Below, piece after piece: positions 26,200 to 40,859 of a DNA stretch of 64,000 nucleotides. The translations under genes and the position numbers were made by a program. Where the stretch lies: positions 49,360,530-49,424,529 of the forward strand of contig JARFYF010000001.1 in assembly GCA_030265395.1 (NCBI GenBank), in the 5' to 3' direction. Within the stretch, counting starts at the first letter, position 1; each line of letters begins with the position of its first letter. The stretch comes from Rhina ancylostomus (taxonomy: Eukaryota). The notes below the pieces were generated by a model, which ran no database searches, was not told the origin of the DNA, and worked only from the letters and a program-made list of their open reading frames with translations.

Positions 26200-27009
26200 T
26201 ATCACATCTATCCCCTCCCAAACCTCTGCAACATGAAACTAACTTATTTATTCACTCTGCTATTTCTGATCATTTCTCTTTCCAAGATGCTGCCTGACTT
26301 GCTGGGTGTTTTTAGCAATTTCTATTTTATATAATGGCAGTGATAAGATCCTGTTTAAAACTGGCACTGCAAACAACCAAATAGTACGAGAATGAAATCT
26401 TGTCCAGCACTGAAACTGAAGGGTATCAAAACTGTACTGTAACACCTCACAAGTGTGGCATCTTCCCTGTTCTTCTTGAAGATGCTTTTCTGAACAAAAG
26501 ATTTGACATACTAATAGAAGCATGAGACAATTTAAAAGCAAAAGACATGTCATCCAGTTCACTATTTGGGATCTACTCAGTGTGGAAGATGCTGCACACG
26601 TCTAACTCACCTGATTAAATATTTTTTCAACAAACATAAATTTGACAAGGCAAATTAGCAGTGAAATAGTCAGATGATAGAATACCATCAACCAACCAAA
26701 TGTACATATTAGCTCTATCATATATCAGATAAATCAAATTTGGGATTATTTCTTTAAAACATGATCTAATGGCTGATGAAGCACACCATTTACACTAAGT
26801 AACAGATATTTATCCACAAGTCTCTTCACAGTTCCAGCTGCTCTAGAATCTTTTCACTTCTCTTCAATATCTGTCCTGCCAGATCTCCAACTGTCAAATA
26901 CCATCCTGACATGGAAATATATTCTTTCATTGTCAACCATTTTTAATCCTGGGACTTCCTTCCCAACAACATCGTACAAGTAGCTCTACTAAAACAGCAG
27001 AGTTCAAGA

Positions 27010-28010
27010 ACATGTAGAAGTGCAGAGCATTCATCCCTCATACCTACTACATTCTATAAGAATGTGACTTTTTTTTAAAAAAACTGCCATTTTCCTACAC
27101 TAACCTGATATCCATTAATTCTCTTAATATCCAAACATCTATCAAGCTCTGGTTTGAATAAACTTGGAGAGAGAGTTTCCATAGGCCTTTTGGCTAGAGA
27201 ATTAAAAGGTTCCCCAACCACTGCATGAAGAAATTTCTTCTCATCACTGTCATAGATGCCAGCTCCTTACTTTGAGACTGACTCCTGGTTCTAGGCAACC
27301 CACCAAAGGAAATATGTGCAAGTTCTCACAATCTTGAGATGTCAATGAAATCACTGATTATTCTTCAAAATTTTAGTACAGGTCCAACTTGCTTGATCTT
27401 TCCTATGCAACAAAATTACCTTCACTCAAGCATCAATCTCATGAAACTTAGTTGCACAAGTCTTTTCTTAGGCAGGGAGAACAGGTCTGTGGACTATATT
27501 CCAAATGTGGTGTCACCAGTGCCCTATACAATTGCAGCAGGATACCTATATTCTTGATCTCAAATCCTCTTCTAAAATAAGGACAACATACCATTTTGCC
27601 TTCCTGATGTTAACTATATGATTTGCAAATAAAAAAGGGCATCCGGGTCTTTCTCAACACCAACACTTCAGTCTGCTGCTATTTAAAATATACTCTGCTT
27701 TTTTCCCCCCCCTATTTCTTCTACCCAAGATTTTCCAAATTGTATTCCATTTACCACATCCTCACCCATTAACTGAGCCTGTCTATATCATACCAATAAA
27801 GCAATGAACCTGAATATCGATTATTGAACAGTTGAAGCTCCAGGACCAATCCCAAAAGCATTGCATTAGTTATGGTTGCCAAACCCAAGGTGACCTATTT
27901 ATTCCTAGTGTTTCTGTTAACTAATCCTAAATCCATATTGGTTTAATACACCCAGCCCCTTGTTTATTACTTAATAACGCCATGTGGCATATAATTAAAA
28001 GGCCTTCTGA
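27010..28010 (-). mobile_element. Degraded CR1 LINE nested in an RTE-like 3' end
   Basis: Reverse CR1 remnants (gaagaaatttcttctcatc, tattccaaatgtggtgtcacc, ttaaaaggccttctga); flanks 26875-27010 and 28010-28082 join into one RTE-like tail. Confidence 0.55.
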
Positions 28011-28384
28011 AGGGTTCAACACCCTTTTAAGTGTAATTAGGAATGAGCAGTACATGTTGGCCCAGCCACTGGAGCCCACATCAAGTCAAGTCACAGATCA
28101 TGTCAAAATGATTGCAACATAGCACATAACAAGCAAGGCAATATGTAGGCAAGGCCTATAGATGCCCTGGTAATATCCCAACAATACGAATGTCATTAAA
28201 TACTCAATGTTCTGTAAAAAATTTGCCTGTTACTGAATGGAAATATGCTTGTAAATGTCTGAAATTACATGAAAATTAGGAGTTTTTGTTTAAATCAACC
28301 TTACACAATTATCAGTATGACTCCTGTGACTCTAGGAAAAACACTGGCCAGGATAACAAAAGACAACCAGCTCTTAGCTGAAGA

Positions 28385-28560
28385 AATGTTTAATGATATT
28401 TCCTGCTACCTAAACTAAAATGGAAACTTAGCTTAATGCCTCATCCATAAAAGCTGTAGCTCAGATTGTATCACTTTCTCAGAACACAGGAAACATCAGC
28501 TAAATTACTTGTGAATCTTGAATCTACAAATTTTTGATTCAGGTTTAAAACTACTAGTCA
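28385..28560 (-). mobile_element. Ancient Deu-domain SINE remnant (AmnSINE/SacSINE-like)
   Basis: ttaatgcctcatcc...ctcagattgtatcactttctcag...cttgaatctacaaatttttgattcag; related stretch at 37118-37170 (aaagatggcactgttgacaatgcagcactcc). Confidence 0.4.
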
Positions 28561-31205
28561 ACCAAGCTTTAGTCACAGAAATAAATAATTTAGACCTTTT
28601 TTTTGGTCTGGCTCATTTCTCATACTTTTAAGTCACGAAAATAGGAGTTCACATCTGCTCTTTGGCAGAAGGACAATACACCTTCATTTTAGTTAACATG
28701 CTAACGCATCACATTTTACATCTGATAAGATTTATCAATTCAGAACTGTCCTTTCAAAAGATGATAACTGGGGTGCTGTGAATAAGCCATAAAACAATGC
28801 TGTTGCATATTTACAAGTTTTACACCCCAATCACATTGGCCAAATAGAGACTGAACATTTCACTCTGAATGTACAGATGTAGAAGCTATGTCTTACACAA
28901 GCACTTTTTAAAAAAATTATATAGATACAAGGGGCACTATCTGACCCACTAGTTTGGCCATCCAGCACCAGATTTGACTGGGTTAACATTATTGGGCATA
29001 TCTCTCTCCTCTGAGAAAATAGCCTAGTACATCAGGATAATCTTGGAGAATGAAGTTAATTCACTGCGACTTTTCTCCAGTATCAACCTTCTCTTAAGAT
29101 CCCTCACTTAAAAACGTGGGCAGCATATGGACACCTTTTCCAGAGAGGCTAAACCTCTTTAATCTGCAGCTCAGATCTTTGCCGATTTCCCTTTGCAGTT
29201 TCATCCTGAGCCATGACTCAAGTGTGTTGGTTTGATTTCTTGACAATAACACCCCTAAGCTGATTCAGGATCCTGCTACATTTCATAAAAAAATTTCGAT
29301 GACCCAATTCTCTTGATGACACAATGACAATTGACACTGTACTTCACTCCCTTCCCTTTCAAGGCCTTCTTCCTCCCAAAGTGCATCACTGATCCTTTTT
29401 CCTCTTCAAAGAGGAAAATCTTTTTCTCTCTCAAATGCACATTCCAGTTTTCTGCAATACTTAATTTTAATCTTTTGAACCAGAGAGCCAGCCCTACCAT
29501 AGCTCTAATCAAATACGGTATCCACATTATCTCATTATGCTTTCTAGTCCTCGTTACAGTTGTTGAGCAGGCTACAGACTTCTCCTGTCAAACCTAGCCT
29601 CTCATCATTGGGTTCTATTCTAATCTGTCAAACTCAGTGATTCCCTATCAATATATTGAAATTGCACATGCTGTTCCATGTGCCCGCTGTATTTTTTCTC
29701 CTAGGAGGCAGAAGTCACACAAGATATTCATGAGGCCTCAGGATAATTATTTAGTTGTCCACTACCATTTAGGATGGGGTGTAGCATGACAGTACAACTT
29801 TGGATCAGTGGGATCTCTCTGCTCCATCAATTGTTCATCATGTACATAGAATGCTTTAATAATTTCACTAGGTTTCAATCACATTTTTTTTTTATGTACA
29901 CCTTAAGCCATTCCTGACATGCTCCTCTTTACTCCTCACTCAACTGGATTCTTCTCCTGGCTTGAAAACAATCAGCAATAGATATGCTGGGTCAGAAAAT
30001 GACATTTTTTTTAAATTCAGGAGGGAAAAATGCTACAGCAAGTTCACCATTTATGGAACAAATCTATTTGTTCCTTGTATAACAGAAATAAATCAGCATA
30101 TGGACAGAGGAACACTTCTGTTTAATGACCTCTCATCAATTCTTTTAAATTAAGATACTAAGATTTGAACCCGCATTTCTGATATATAGCCCAGGTTCAA
30201 GGATACTCTAATAACATAACCCCATGGTATCATTTCATTAACTGCTGCAACTTGAATTTGTGTGTAGCCAAATGGCCAACTTTTACAAACATATATCTTT
30301 CTGTATCAGCAGTTTGTTTGTGTCATCCAGACTTGGAGGAGCCAGAATTTCCTCCATTCAAATGTTGTCCAAAAATTCACCTTCTGCTCCCTTTACAAAC
30401 ATTCCATGAACTCCATCCTCATCCTATTACACCAATTCTTCTCAAAGATTGCCTTCTACATTATATGCAATTCTTCAGACCATTTGCCATCAAATCCTTC
30501 ACCAATATCTTTGTTATCCAGAGCCTCTATTTCATTGCATTCCCATTCAAACCCTTGTCTTTCAGTTACTTAATCACTCCTTTCAGTAACCTATCAGAGG
30601 GCTGAAGGTTTTTAATTTGGGCATCTCCTATCTTCCTTTGTTAATCATATCATTAATGGCTACAAATTCACTTCAGCCTCACACCAGGAAATTCATTGCT
30701 CTCTTGCAAGCTGCTTGACCTCCTTTAACACTACACAAGACTCACTTAACATTTTGGATGGGATCCAAAAATACTGAGTGGGCTCTGCTTATTATAAAAA
30801 GAATACAAGACTGCATTTTGGGTGTAGGCAATTTTGGCTCATCACCATAAACATCTGTAGTTTCAGTGGAATGTCAAAGCTGTTCAAAATCTAAAAGAAC
30901 TTAATATTTTTGGTCAAGCTGAGTCAAGCTACATGGATTCAAATAATCAAATGTGAACTGTACTTATTGTGACATCTTCAACCTCTTCCAAAATCATCTC
31001 ATCCTTTCAAGATTTTACTGTTGCAAATTATTGCTCTAGACAAAAAAGATTAAGAACATAGTTTTAAAATATAACTGTTGTAGCAACGGTCATGTGTCTT
31101 GGAATACATGATATAATGGAAGTGGGAGCATGCAGGAACTTCCTAACCCAGTTTATCTAATTGTTTTTCCTCCAAACCTGCAAAATAGAGAACCTGAAAT
31201 CTTAC

Positions 31206-31325
31206 CTGATCACTAAGAGTGCACTGCTCTGTGCAGATATCTGTTATGAGGTTGCGGGCTTGCTTCGCCATTTCATCAAGGAACATGTTGCACAGTGAGA
31301 GACTACGATCTCCAATGTGATGCCT
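31206..31325 (-). CDS. NCKAP1: NCKAP1 exon 18 (120 nt): [40 protein letters not shown]
   Basis: Manual translation; acceptor TAG, donor GTAAGA. Confidence 0.95.
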
Positions 31326-33870
31326 CTATAAATTAATAAAAGTTGTGAGTGCCAAATGCATTCAGAATGCATGTACCCTACATTGAATGCAAGAGGGCTT
31401 AATCTATATAGGAATTAATTATACCATTTCAAATATACAAACTCAGTTTAAAACATTATTCCAATGATTCATCTACACACCCAAAATCCCCGAGGAAACT
31501 GCTGCTTGGTATGTACACAATATCTTAGTGTCCGAATCAAAAATTGATCCAGAAACAATAACACAGCTGCAGTTCTTTTTGACAATGATTTATACTGAAA
31601 GTGACAACATCCTTAGTTCAACTCCCAAAGTTTGCCGTCCAAAAATGTGCTCTTGCAGAACCCAGTGATACAATTAGGTGAAATTGTGGTAAATGGAACA
31701 TTGTATTTCAAATAATCAATTTTTTCCTGTTGAAGTAAAACAGCGTAACATTGGTGGGGATAACCCACGAAGAGGTGGCAACACACCCACTGCAAGAACT
31801 TGTCCAAGGAATGAATTAGTTTGCACTTGTCAAACTAGGCTAAAATATGAATAAACATGTGTAGTACTGTGCAGCAACCTTGAAATCAAATCTTTTCAAT
31901 GATGAAAGCAAGCTTTTCAGGTATGATTTTCCAGCTCATGCTTATGCTTCTTTCCAGCAAGACAACAGCTAATATTGAATGTACTTGAGCATCTATCACT
32001 GGTTTACATTGTCCTTTTGATCAAGTGGTAAATTAAAACTTCTGAAATTCTTCTGTGAAGAATGCATTGATTTAAGGATCTGTACATATATTTACAGCAA
32101 AGACCTTAAATCTTGCAACTAGATTAAATTATTTGACAATTTCACGGTACAAAGTAGAAAGCCCAATCAAATAGCAAACTCAAATACAGCTTGTTGACAA
32201 TAAATACGGACAAATCACTAACTGCATGAAGTAGGAAACCATTCAAAACAAATATGTAGCTTTTGAAAAGTTAATTTTTTTTAAAACAATCACAGTCAAC
32301 AATTGGAGCAAACAATAGTTCCATCTGAACAACCACCTATGGCCACTTCCAAATATTTCTTTTCCCCCCCACTTTGTTCAAGATGCCAATAGTACAAACT
32401 TTCCATGAACCAAGCCTTACTCCTTACTGTGCATGGCAATTCTTAACCTAAAATCTTTGTGTCTATCTATCTATTAGCTAGATTACGGAATAATATTTGG
32501 TACATAACTGAGAGACTATAAATATAAAAGCAACAAGATCTTGTCTAATCATCTGGAGAATGAAGGAAAATAGTATAGTGAGAATAAGTGAAGCATCTGC
32601 TGGTTTTTTCACCTACTCTGTAAATGTTGAACCAAAAGGTATGATCTCATGATCAATACAATAGCAAGACAGAATCTATATAGAATCAGGAGCAAATCCC
32701 TACATGCCTGTTAACTGATGCTGTTGAAAATTCCTACATTGTTTACCTTAACAATCATTTTATCTGGCACCATAGTCTGGGATCTAAAAATCAGTCAACA
32801 AGCTTCAGTTTCAACAGATATTGTGGAAATAGATCAGTTTCTTTACCCTAAGATACAGCCTATCCTGTTGAATATTTACATTTTCTGTTTTTATTTTAGA
32901 TTTACAGCATCTGCAGTTTTTCTGATTTTTGTATCTCAGTTCTAAGCCTGAGTAAGGCATCTTCTTTGAATGCAATCTCTCTGTAATAGAGAACTTTTCT
33001 TAACAGAGATCCTGTCTTATTACCACCAAAAATGATGAAAGAGGTCACAGGAGACTGTGGGGCATTACATTGCTGATTACTACTGGCGGCAAAAAGATTT
33101 ATTTTGTTTGAACATAAGACTTTCATGAATTACAGCTTACGATTAAAGCATACAAGTTCCCAGATGAATTTCAGCTGCTTGGTTTTGCCTTGTATTCCAG
33201 GCTTTAAAAAAAAGTCATCCAAATATATTAAGTTTTGTGATGCACTTTGACCACAGAAAATCACATTTGCAAATGCCTTGCATGTGGAGGATAAACAGCA
33301 TGTTCCAGATACTGTTCCTGAACCTATCTAAACTTCCTCACCAACCTCAACAAGATCTAGTCCCATCCTTATTCTTGCATCCTCAGCATCATACACCTGA
33401 AACTTAAATACATCTGATACTGTTCATGGTTGGGCTGCCAGTGCTGACCTCCCCACTTCTTACATTATTAGATGCAGATCACCTCTAATTGTGAGCCCTG
33501 TCATTGACACCTATACTGCACTGCACAAGCATCACAGCTGATATTGCAGAGAAAATTATTAAAGAAGATTTTCGTCATTTTCAAATGTTTCCAGTCTTAA
33601 CCCTTCCAAATTTCTCCAAACCTCCAACGTCGGTCTACTTTTTAATGTTGCACTCCATGACTTTTTCCACCATCTTAGAAGCCCCTCCCATGCTTTAAAA
33701 TTCTCCCACAGGACTTTTATTTTTAATCTCACTTTAGCTTTGTTTTTTTTTTGCTTGCTTCTCACATGTTCAACAAGGTACTTGGAGAATTCTAATGAGT
33801 GTTTCTTAAATGCAAGCTGTTGTCCAAACACTGAAATTGGACACTTAAGATAACAAATCCTGCGGGTTAT

Positions 33871-34593
33871 GAACCCAGTTCATTAAATAAAAAGGACATC
33901 CCTGCTCATATGGAAGACTCAATATGTGAAATTTCTCCACATTAAAAATGTTGGCAGACAGCCATCAACTTAAGGCTCCCCATGAGTGGTTTGAAGAATG
34001 GTGGCAAAGTGTTGCTGCTCAGGTGAAGCAGTGTTAAACTTTCCCTGTTGCTTTAAAATCACAGCTCAACTACTTCCCATCCGATTGAAAGCAATTACGA
34101 CAGCTGTGACTGCCTCTTATGGCTCCAAGACAGATAAACCTCTTGATTGGACAAATTCCAGTTTTTAAAAATTATGTTCCATCTGTTACAAATGTAATGA
34201 ATAATACAAGGCACAAAGCAATTTATCTTTTTGCTGTTTGCGTCGACATCTTGACTGAATTATCTAAGGCACTTTAACTATCTTCAAATTCTGAGAAGCT
34301 AGATTTGTGCAAGGACTTTAATATTAGACTTCTGTTGAATGCTGCAAGGTATCAGATACAAAGGCGAGTTTTCTCTTTAAAATGAAGATGTTTAGTTGTG
34401 GCTAATGTAAGCAATTTGTCTGTCTGAAGAGATAATGCACCCATCCTAATATGCCCTAAATTATCTGATCAGATTTTGCAAAACTTGGAACCCAATTAAT
34501 AAAATGGAAAGGACATCCCTCAGTTGTGTGGAAGACTCATTTAATTTGTGAAATTTCTCCATGTTAAAAACTTTGGCAGACAGCCAAGGCTCC
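33871..34593. repeat. Diverged direct repeat of about 105-110 bp (33871-33979 and 34488-34593)
   Basis: Shared blocks in the same order: gaaccca, aaaggacatccct, tggaagactca, tgtgaaatttctcca, ttaaaaa, ttggcagacagcca, aggctcc. Confidence 0.85.
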
Positions 34594-36103
34594 AGAGAAT
34601 CAATGCTGCAAATACCGATACAGAACTGCAGTAAAAAGCCTCAGGGTGTGGATGGAGCTTTGAGCCCGAGTCAAGGGCTTACAGTGCAACTGCCTATTGT
34701 CGTGGACTGCTGGCTGAGTGAGGGGTATGCAATACAAAAAAAAAGCTAATTTCACTGTCAAACTGTTCATAAGTTGTCTTATTCATCCAATTTGTTTGGA
34801 ATTCCTCCAGCACCCTATCAAAGACAACTATTGCAATTGTCATTTGATGATATGGGCTTGACTTCAACGTAAACATGTTTGATTTCTCCAGCAAAAACAT
34901 CGGTAGTGATTACAAGTATAACCACACCATTCCATAATACCATTCCATAAAGCATTATGGTATAACCCACTGCTGCTGGATGATCCAGCCTGCATTGGAT
35001 TTTCATCACAGGACACTGGTTGACTAAGAAAAGGGTCGTGCAATTTTTTTGGCAGCTGATTAGAGCTGGCAAACAAATTGCATTAGGGTTGGGCTCATTG
35101 GAAGTGTTGATCAACCAAATGCCTTCATGTGTCTGGAACAAACGTCAACATTTTCCAACCACTAACTTCATGTGCAATGGATTTTCCGTATGGGAAAATA
35201 ATAAGCAACAGGAATGTTTAAAAGGCATGACGAAGAACTCTAGGTATAAAAAATAAAACAAGATTTTTTTGTAATATTTTGACTACAAGTTTAATACTCA
35301 ACCTTTATCTTGCTAGGCAGCGGTCATGATTAACTACTTAAACATGTTTACTTAAACAGTTGATTTCTACTGGTCATGACTCTTCAGGCCCAGAGAGGGA
35401 ACCTTCCTTGATAATTTTTCTGCATTTTGGATGTGGGGTACAAAATATGCTGTTGCCATCTAGAAATAGTGGCCTCAATGACTCCTGCCTTGATGCAAAC
35501 AGAATTTCAATGATAAAGAGCCTCCATGAAGGTAAATTACCATCTGCCAAACTAACATTGAACTTTTTGAAGGAGTGCTTTATGACCAGCCTTATACCAC
35601 TGGCAAATATCAATTAGCACTCACTGATCCAGATACATGCACCATTCAAAACCAGTGTTTCCTGTACAGTCACTGACCCTGATAGTTCCTTCGCAGAACA
35701 GAATTGGGGCTTTACAATCACAAATACTGTATTACAAAGTCAGTGTGACACTACCTATCCACATCAAATAATGGCATTAGTGCATTTATTACAAGCACTT
35801 TTCTCAAAGCCAGTCTTTACTCAAAGTAAACAACTAACAATTGTATTGCATTCCCAAAAAAGCAACTGTTCCCTCAAACCACTCACATAAGAAATATGTT
35901 TACCCCTGTCGATACAAAGGTAGAATCATGTGGAATTTCAATTCTGGCAACATCATGTAGCTCAGTGGGCTGGAATATTTAGCAGGTCACAAATAAAAGG
36001 GAACATTACAGCAAGTATCCGTAAGACTTATTGACAGATGCACTCTCGTTAGCGATTGAAGAACTTGGTATTTTGAAACATAGACAAATAAAAAAATTCT
36101 TAC

Positions 36104-36236
36104 CTCTTCAGGGCACAATTCATGAGTGCAGCTCATGAAATGAGTGCAAACCAGCGGGAAAGCAATTGAATATCGTGATTGAGAGGGCAACTCCAAACAC
36201 TGATGAAACATCTTTTCAAAAGCACGACTGTAAAAG
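36104..36236 (-). CDS. NCKAP1: NCKAP1 exon 17 (133 nt): [44 protein letters not shown]
   Basis: ORF 35987..36211; acceptor AAG, donor GTAAGA. Confidence 0.95.
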
Positions 36237-37529
36237 CTTGAGGGAATGACAGCATTTCAGTATATTTATAAACAATTCCATACAAGCTAATAATCAAACC
36301 AATTACCTACTTAAACCTCATCAAATGAAATTTCAAGCATTTTCCCCCCCAAAGTTGTTCAACATTGGTTTCAATATTTAGAGAAAGGAACAACTGTGAT
36401 GGAGATCACATTTTGGAAATGTACATATTTACAAAATGTTCTAAACTTTTAATATTAATGTACTTTTTGGATAAGNNNNNGGAAAATTAAGAAAGCACTT
36501 ATGAGTTATTTTTAATGAGCAACAGAGCATGGTGTCTGTTTTGTGCACTAGTGTTACAAGATAAATCTGACATTTTTCATTGTACCATTGATTGGCATAA
36601 ATCATGCAAGAACAAAACTTTATGGTATTGTTTTTCAGCTCAGTTACATACTTTAAACTATCTCTCGACATAATAGAACAGATGGCTGACAAAGTGGGTA
36701 GCATCTCAGGAAAAAAAATACATTCTGTACTAGCGTCTTTGGGTTTGAAACTGGTCAATGAGTTGCAAGTGCCTGGATCAAAGCTGGTGAAATTTGTGGT
36801 GAACCAGCAACCTGAGACCATAAGAGCAGATTAGAAATAAAACTGTTCATGTGTACTAGCTAGTCATTTTACTTACAATATTATTCCAGACAGAAGAGGA
36901 CAGAGATCACATAAAAATCTATAAAACAAAACCTATGAAAAATAATCACGTGTACATCAGTAACAGACAAGAAATCTGACAAAATAAGAAAACAAAAAAG
37001 GAGATGGGTGGGGTTGGAGGGGTGGAAAAAAGACTGGAGAAATAAATGATGAGAATGATAAAGAGAGAGAGGGTTCACATTAAGGATCCTTCACAAGGTT
37101 CCTGTTTTCCTCTCATCACATCTTATCCTAAAGATGGCACTGTTGACAATGCAGCACTCCTTCAGTTGTATGAGAAAAAGTACTCGATTTTTTTTGCATA
37201 ACACAAAATGCTGACTCATTGAGATAGACATGACAGTATACAAACATTTGTCTTTACCTTACTGGTAAAACTCAGGTTAAATATTTAAACATTTCAACCA
37301 GTAACAAAAATTTCCAATTTTTTTTATTCTTCAAGCATGGTGTAGGAGTGATGTCAAGGTAAACTAATAGCCATTACATTTATTCAAATGTAATTCTCAT
37401 GAGTTCATTCAGATGGCTTAAATTTTGTGCCCCTGTTAAATTCTTAAAAGACAGAACAAAGTATTTTCTGGTCTGCTACTTAGAGGCAGTAGAGCCAACT
37501 TGATAAGATTCAAAAACAAAATAACTTAC

Positions 37530-37675
37530 CAGAAGATTGAAAGGTCTGAAGTTTCCACCAGCATTTCAACCAAAGAATCTACCATTTTTGTGTGAAAAAT
37601 AATAGTGTTCATCATCTTTCCTAACTCCTTGTGATCTGATAGATTAAGAGAAGCCTTTGAAACGCTGGTATAAGC
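37530..37675 (-). CDS. NCKAP1: NCKAP1 exon 16 (146 nt): [48 protein letters not shown](C)
   Basis: ORF 37526..37717; acceptor CAG, donor GTAAGT. Confidence 0.95.
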
Positions 37676-39104
37676 CTGCAAACAAAACATGCATTTTCTT
37701 GGTTCAAATATACCCATGGAGAAACAAACCTACGGTTAAGATTTATTTGCTAATTCAACACTCACCCACCCCAGCTTAAACGTATTTGACTTGCAGAAAT
37801 ATGGTTTTCACAAGTTATGTCCAGTTCCAGTGAAGTAGCTATAAATGCTCCAGCATAAAGAGGGCAATGATTCCTTTTTTTTTTAAAAATGTATTAAGAT
37901 GTTTTATCACCCTAAAAGACATTCCCATAGGTTTCTCATTGTTTGTATCCCCTTTAAAACTGCATTGTTAGTTCTGATTCTCATCGTTCTTCCTCCCAAA
38001 ATGTATTACTTCATGCAGCTGTGTCAAATTTCATCTGCCAGGAGTCTGACCATTTTAGAGTCTCTTAACATAATCCTCAATATAATCCACTGAAGCCTCA
38101 AATACTCAAGCAGTCAGTGCTTAAAAAAAAATCAAAAAACTAGAGATGCTGGAAATCTGGATTAAAAACAAACTGCTATAAACACTCAGGTCAAGCAGCA
38201 TCTGCAAAGAGAGAAACAGTTGACATTTCAGAACAAAAGACCTTAAAACATTCACTGCTACTCTTCACTTTCTATCCCTCAGACAATTTTGCCACCCACC
38301 TTTTGATGCATTAACTCTATAGAATTCCATTATTGGCACTTAAAATGTGGCAGGACGGTAAATACCTTTCGCAAGTTCAAATTCATGGCATTAGCTACAC
38401 AGCAATTACTTCCAAGAGCCAAATCAAGTGAGGGTGAAATCTTGGCCACGTCCAAGTTTTTTTGATTGCTCTGGACTTACTCCAGCTTATTGGCTAATTG
38501 GCCTTAATGTCCTAAATGAGCTGCCTTAGGTCACATCAGGAATCTAAGGAAGATCTGTGGCTAACCAGTTAATCAAAGTACAAAACTTCACAATGCCATA
38601 GGCTTGTGCTTATTTATATAGTATACAACATTACAAAGCTACAAATTTAAAGCAAGCAAATGAAACATTAAATATATAGTCAAAGATCATAAGTTTTCAA
38701 ACTGAATATCAGTGGAAAGATACCAATTATTCAACGAGTGTGCCACCCTAAGGAAACCCAGGATATTCACCACCTCAAAGTCAGAGGCTCCAGAAGTCAT
38801 GGAGACAATTACTTCGCAAAACTGTAAAATATCCCTAAAAATCCTGCACTCAGGTTTTTAAAATGGCATTCTAAAGCACAATTGTTACATAACACATTTA
38901 GTGACCATTAAGCAATTTTGCATTGTAATTCACTAAAAAGATTTTCTAAAAATAAAAGGTTGTGATATATTAACCCTACCCCCAATGTGTAATACCCAAT
39001 ATTTAGTTTTGTTTTAAAAAGATGGTACCTTTAAGAATACTTTCATGTTACAGGTTGCTCAACCAGCTTGATCAAGTGGATTTAAAACTGAAAATATAAA
39101 GTAA

Positions 39105-39750
39105 GCTATTCTGCACTTCAAACCTGCTCTTCCATTCAANNNNNNNNNNNNNNNNNNNNNNNNNNNNNNNNNNNNNNNNNNNNNNNNNNNNNNNNNNNNN
39201 NNNNNNNNNNNNNNNNNNNNNNNNNNNNNNNNNNNNNNNTCTGCACTTCAAACCTGCTCTTCCATTCAACAAAGTCATGTCCGATTGTCTACCTATCCCC
39301 TGAATTCTTTTAATATCTAGAAATTGGTTGATCTGCTTTGAACTCAATCACTGAGCCTCTACATCCCTCTAGCGGAGAGGGTTGTAAAAATTCACCATCA
39401 AGTGAAAAAACTCCTTGCCCTAATTTTGAGACTGACCACTCATTCTAGATAACTCAAGCAAGGGGATGACACCCCTCACACACCTACCCTACGTTCTACA
39501 AAACTCTACAGAAAAGGCCTAGCCTACTCAATTTCTTATTGTATGACAGACCCACCATCCCAGGAATCAGTCTAGTGACTATTATATAGCAAGTTGTATC
39601 CCTTTTTGGCTAAGAACAGTGAAACTGTGTACAATATTTGTCATCATCTAACTAAGCCCTCTTTAGCTGAACTCCTTTTGCCGTTGTTATTGATAGCTAA
39701 GTGAATGGCTGTTAAAGAATCTCTGCATCCTCATCACTCACATCCCCATT
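39105..39750 (-). mobile_element. Degraded CR1 3' fragment spanning a gap
   Basis: ccattcaacaaagtcatg tail, ccatcccaggaatcagtctagtga, similar to other CR1 copies. Confidence 0.5.
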
Positions 39751-40859
39751 TAGTTTTATCATTAATAACCTTGGAGGTGAAAAAAACGATTTGCTGGAAA
39801 TCTCAAATATAAACGAAATGCTGAAAACATTCACAATCTGAGATATTTCTTTTCATAGATGCTACTGAACGTTTCCAGCAATTTTTGACCTTTTCCAGAT
39901 TTTTTGGTATATTCATGCATTAGGGTTAGGGTTTGAAATTTGACAATAGCGGCAGTGGAAAAGGCAAGTGTTACACTACAGAAGACAATCTTTGTGAGGA
40001 GTTTTATTCTGAGATCAGTGCTTATTACAAAGTTTGAGCCAACTTGTTGCAAATTCTCAATAAGAGTGTAGACTCAGCAAATGGGCATTTTTGACAAGTG
40101 TGGCAAAAGATCAAACCACCTTTTTCCTGGCACCTATTCATAACAATTTAATCTTTTTTTCTTGGTTTTCAGCATTTTTAATTTTTTCTCTTCACATTAA
40201 ATTTATAACAGCTGGGTATGCTCAAAATCACAATTGGTTGTTTTGTTATAATCACATAGAAGTTTCAAGACATACAATAGTGATCACTTAATTATGTGAG
40301 AAAATATCAAATGAAATTGCATTTATAGAAGGGAAGAAAACAACTTGAAATACATCCACTTCAACGGCTTGCAATTTCATAGCACAAACTATATTTTGGC
40401 AATAATTCAATTTGACATGCACCGAAAGGTCTCAAATCATTATCTGATTTGTATTGAATATGATAATTTAACCTTTCTTCAGTGCTTTAAGTGAAAGCCT
40501 ACTGGCTTAACTATTCTGTAATACAGCATTTTAGCCACAAGTATCTTAATAATATAAACAAGGATGAGGCAGATCAAAAAGACCAGCTGATATATCAAGC
40601 AAATCAAATTTTAGTTGTAAACTAAATTCCTAGGCATCAATAGTAGAACATTGCACTTATCCACTAACTGATACGTACTTTCTGAACATGCTAAGCATAC
40701 TTACTATTTCAAGAGCGTCAGCAGCATCTTACTAGCTGTAGAGCTTTCAATTGTGTCATACTTTAAAATTCAAGGGGCCTTTACATTCAAATCTGAAATT
40801 CATGTGACAAAATTTTTTTTTTTTTAAAAAAGCATCTAATAAAAGCTTCCTGGTCTTAC

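Noticed and set aside
39110-39269. Identical 30-bp sequence (tctgcacttcaaacctgctcttccattcaa) on both sides of a 100-N gap
   Set aside because: Typical unmerged contig overlap, so an assembly artefact rather than a tandem duplication.
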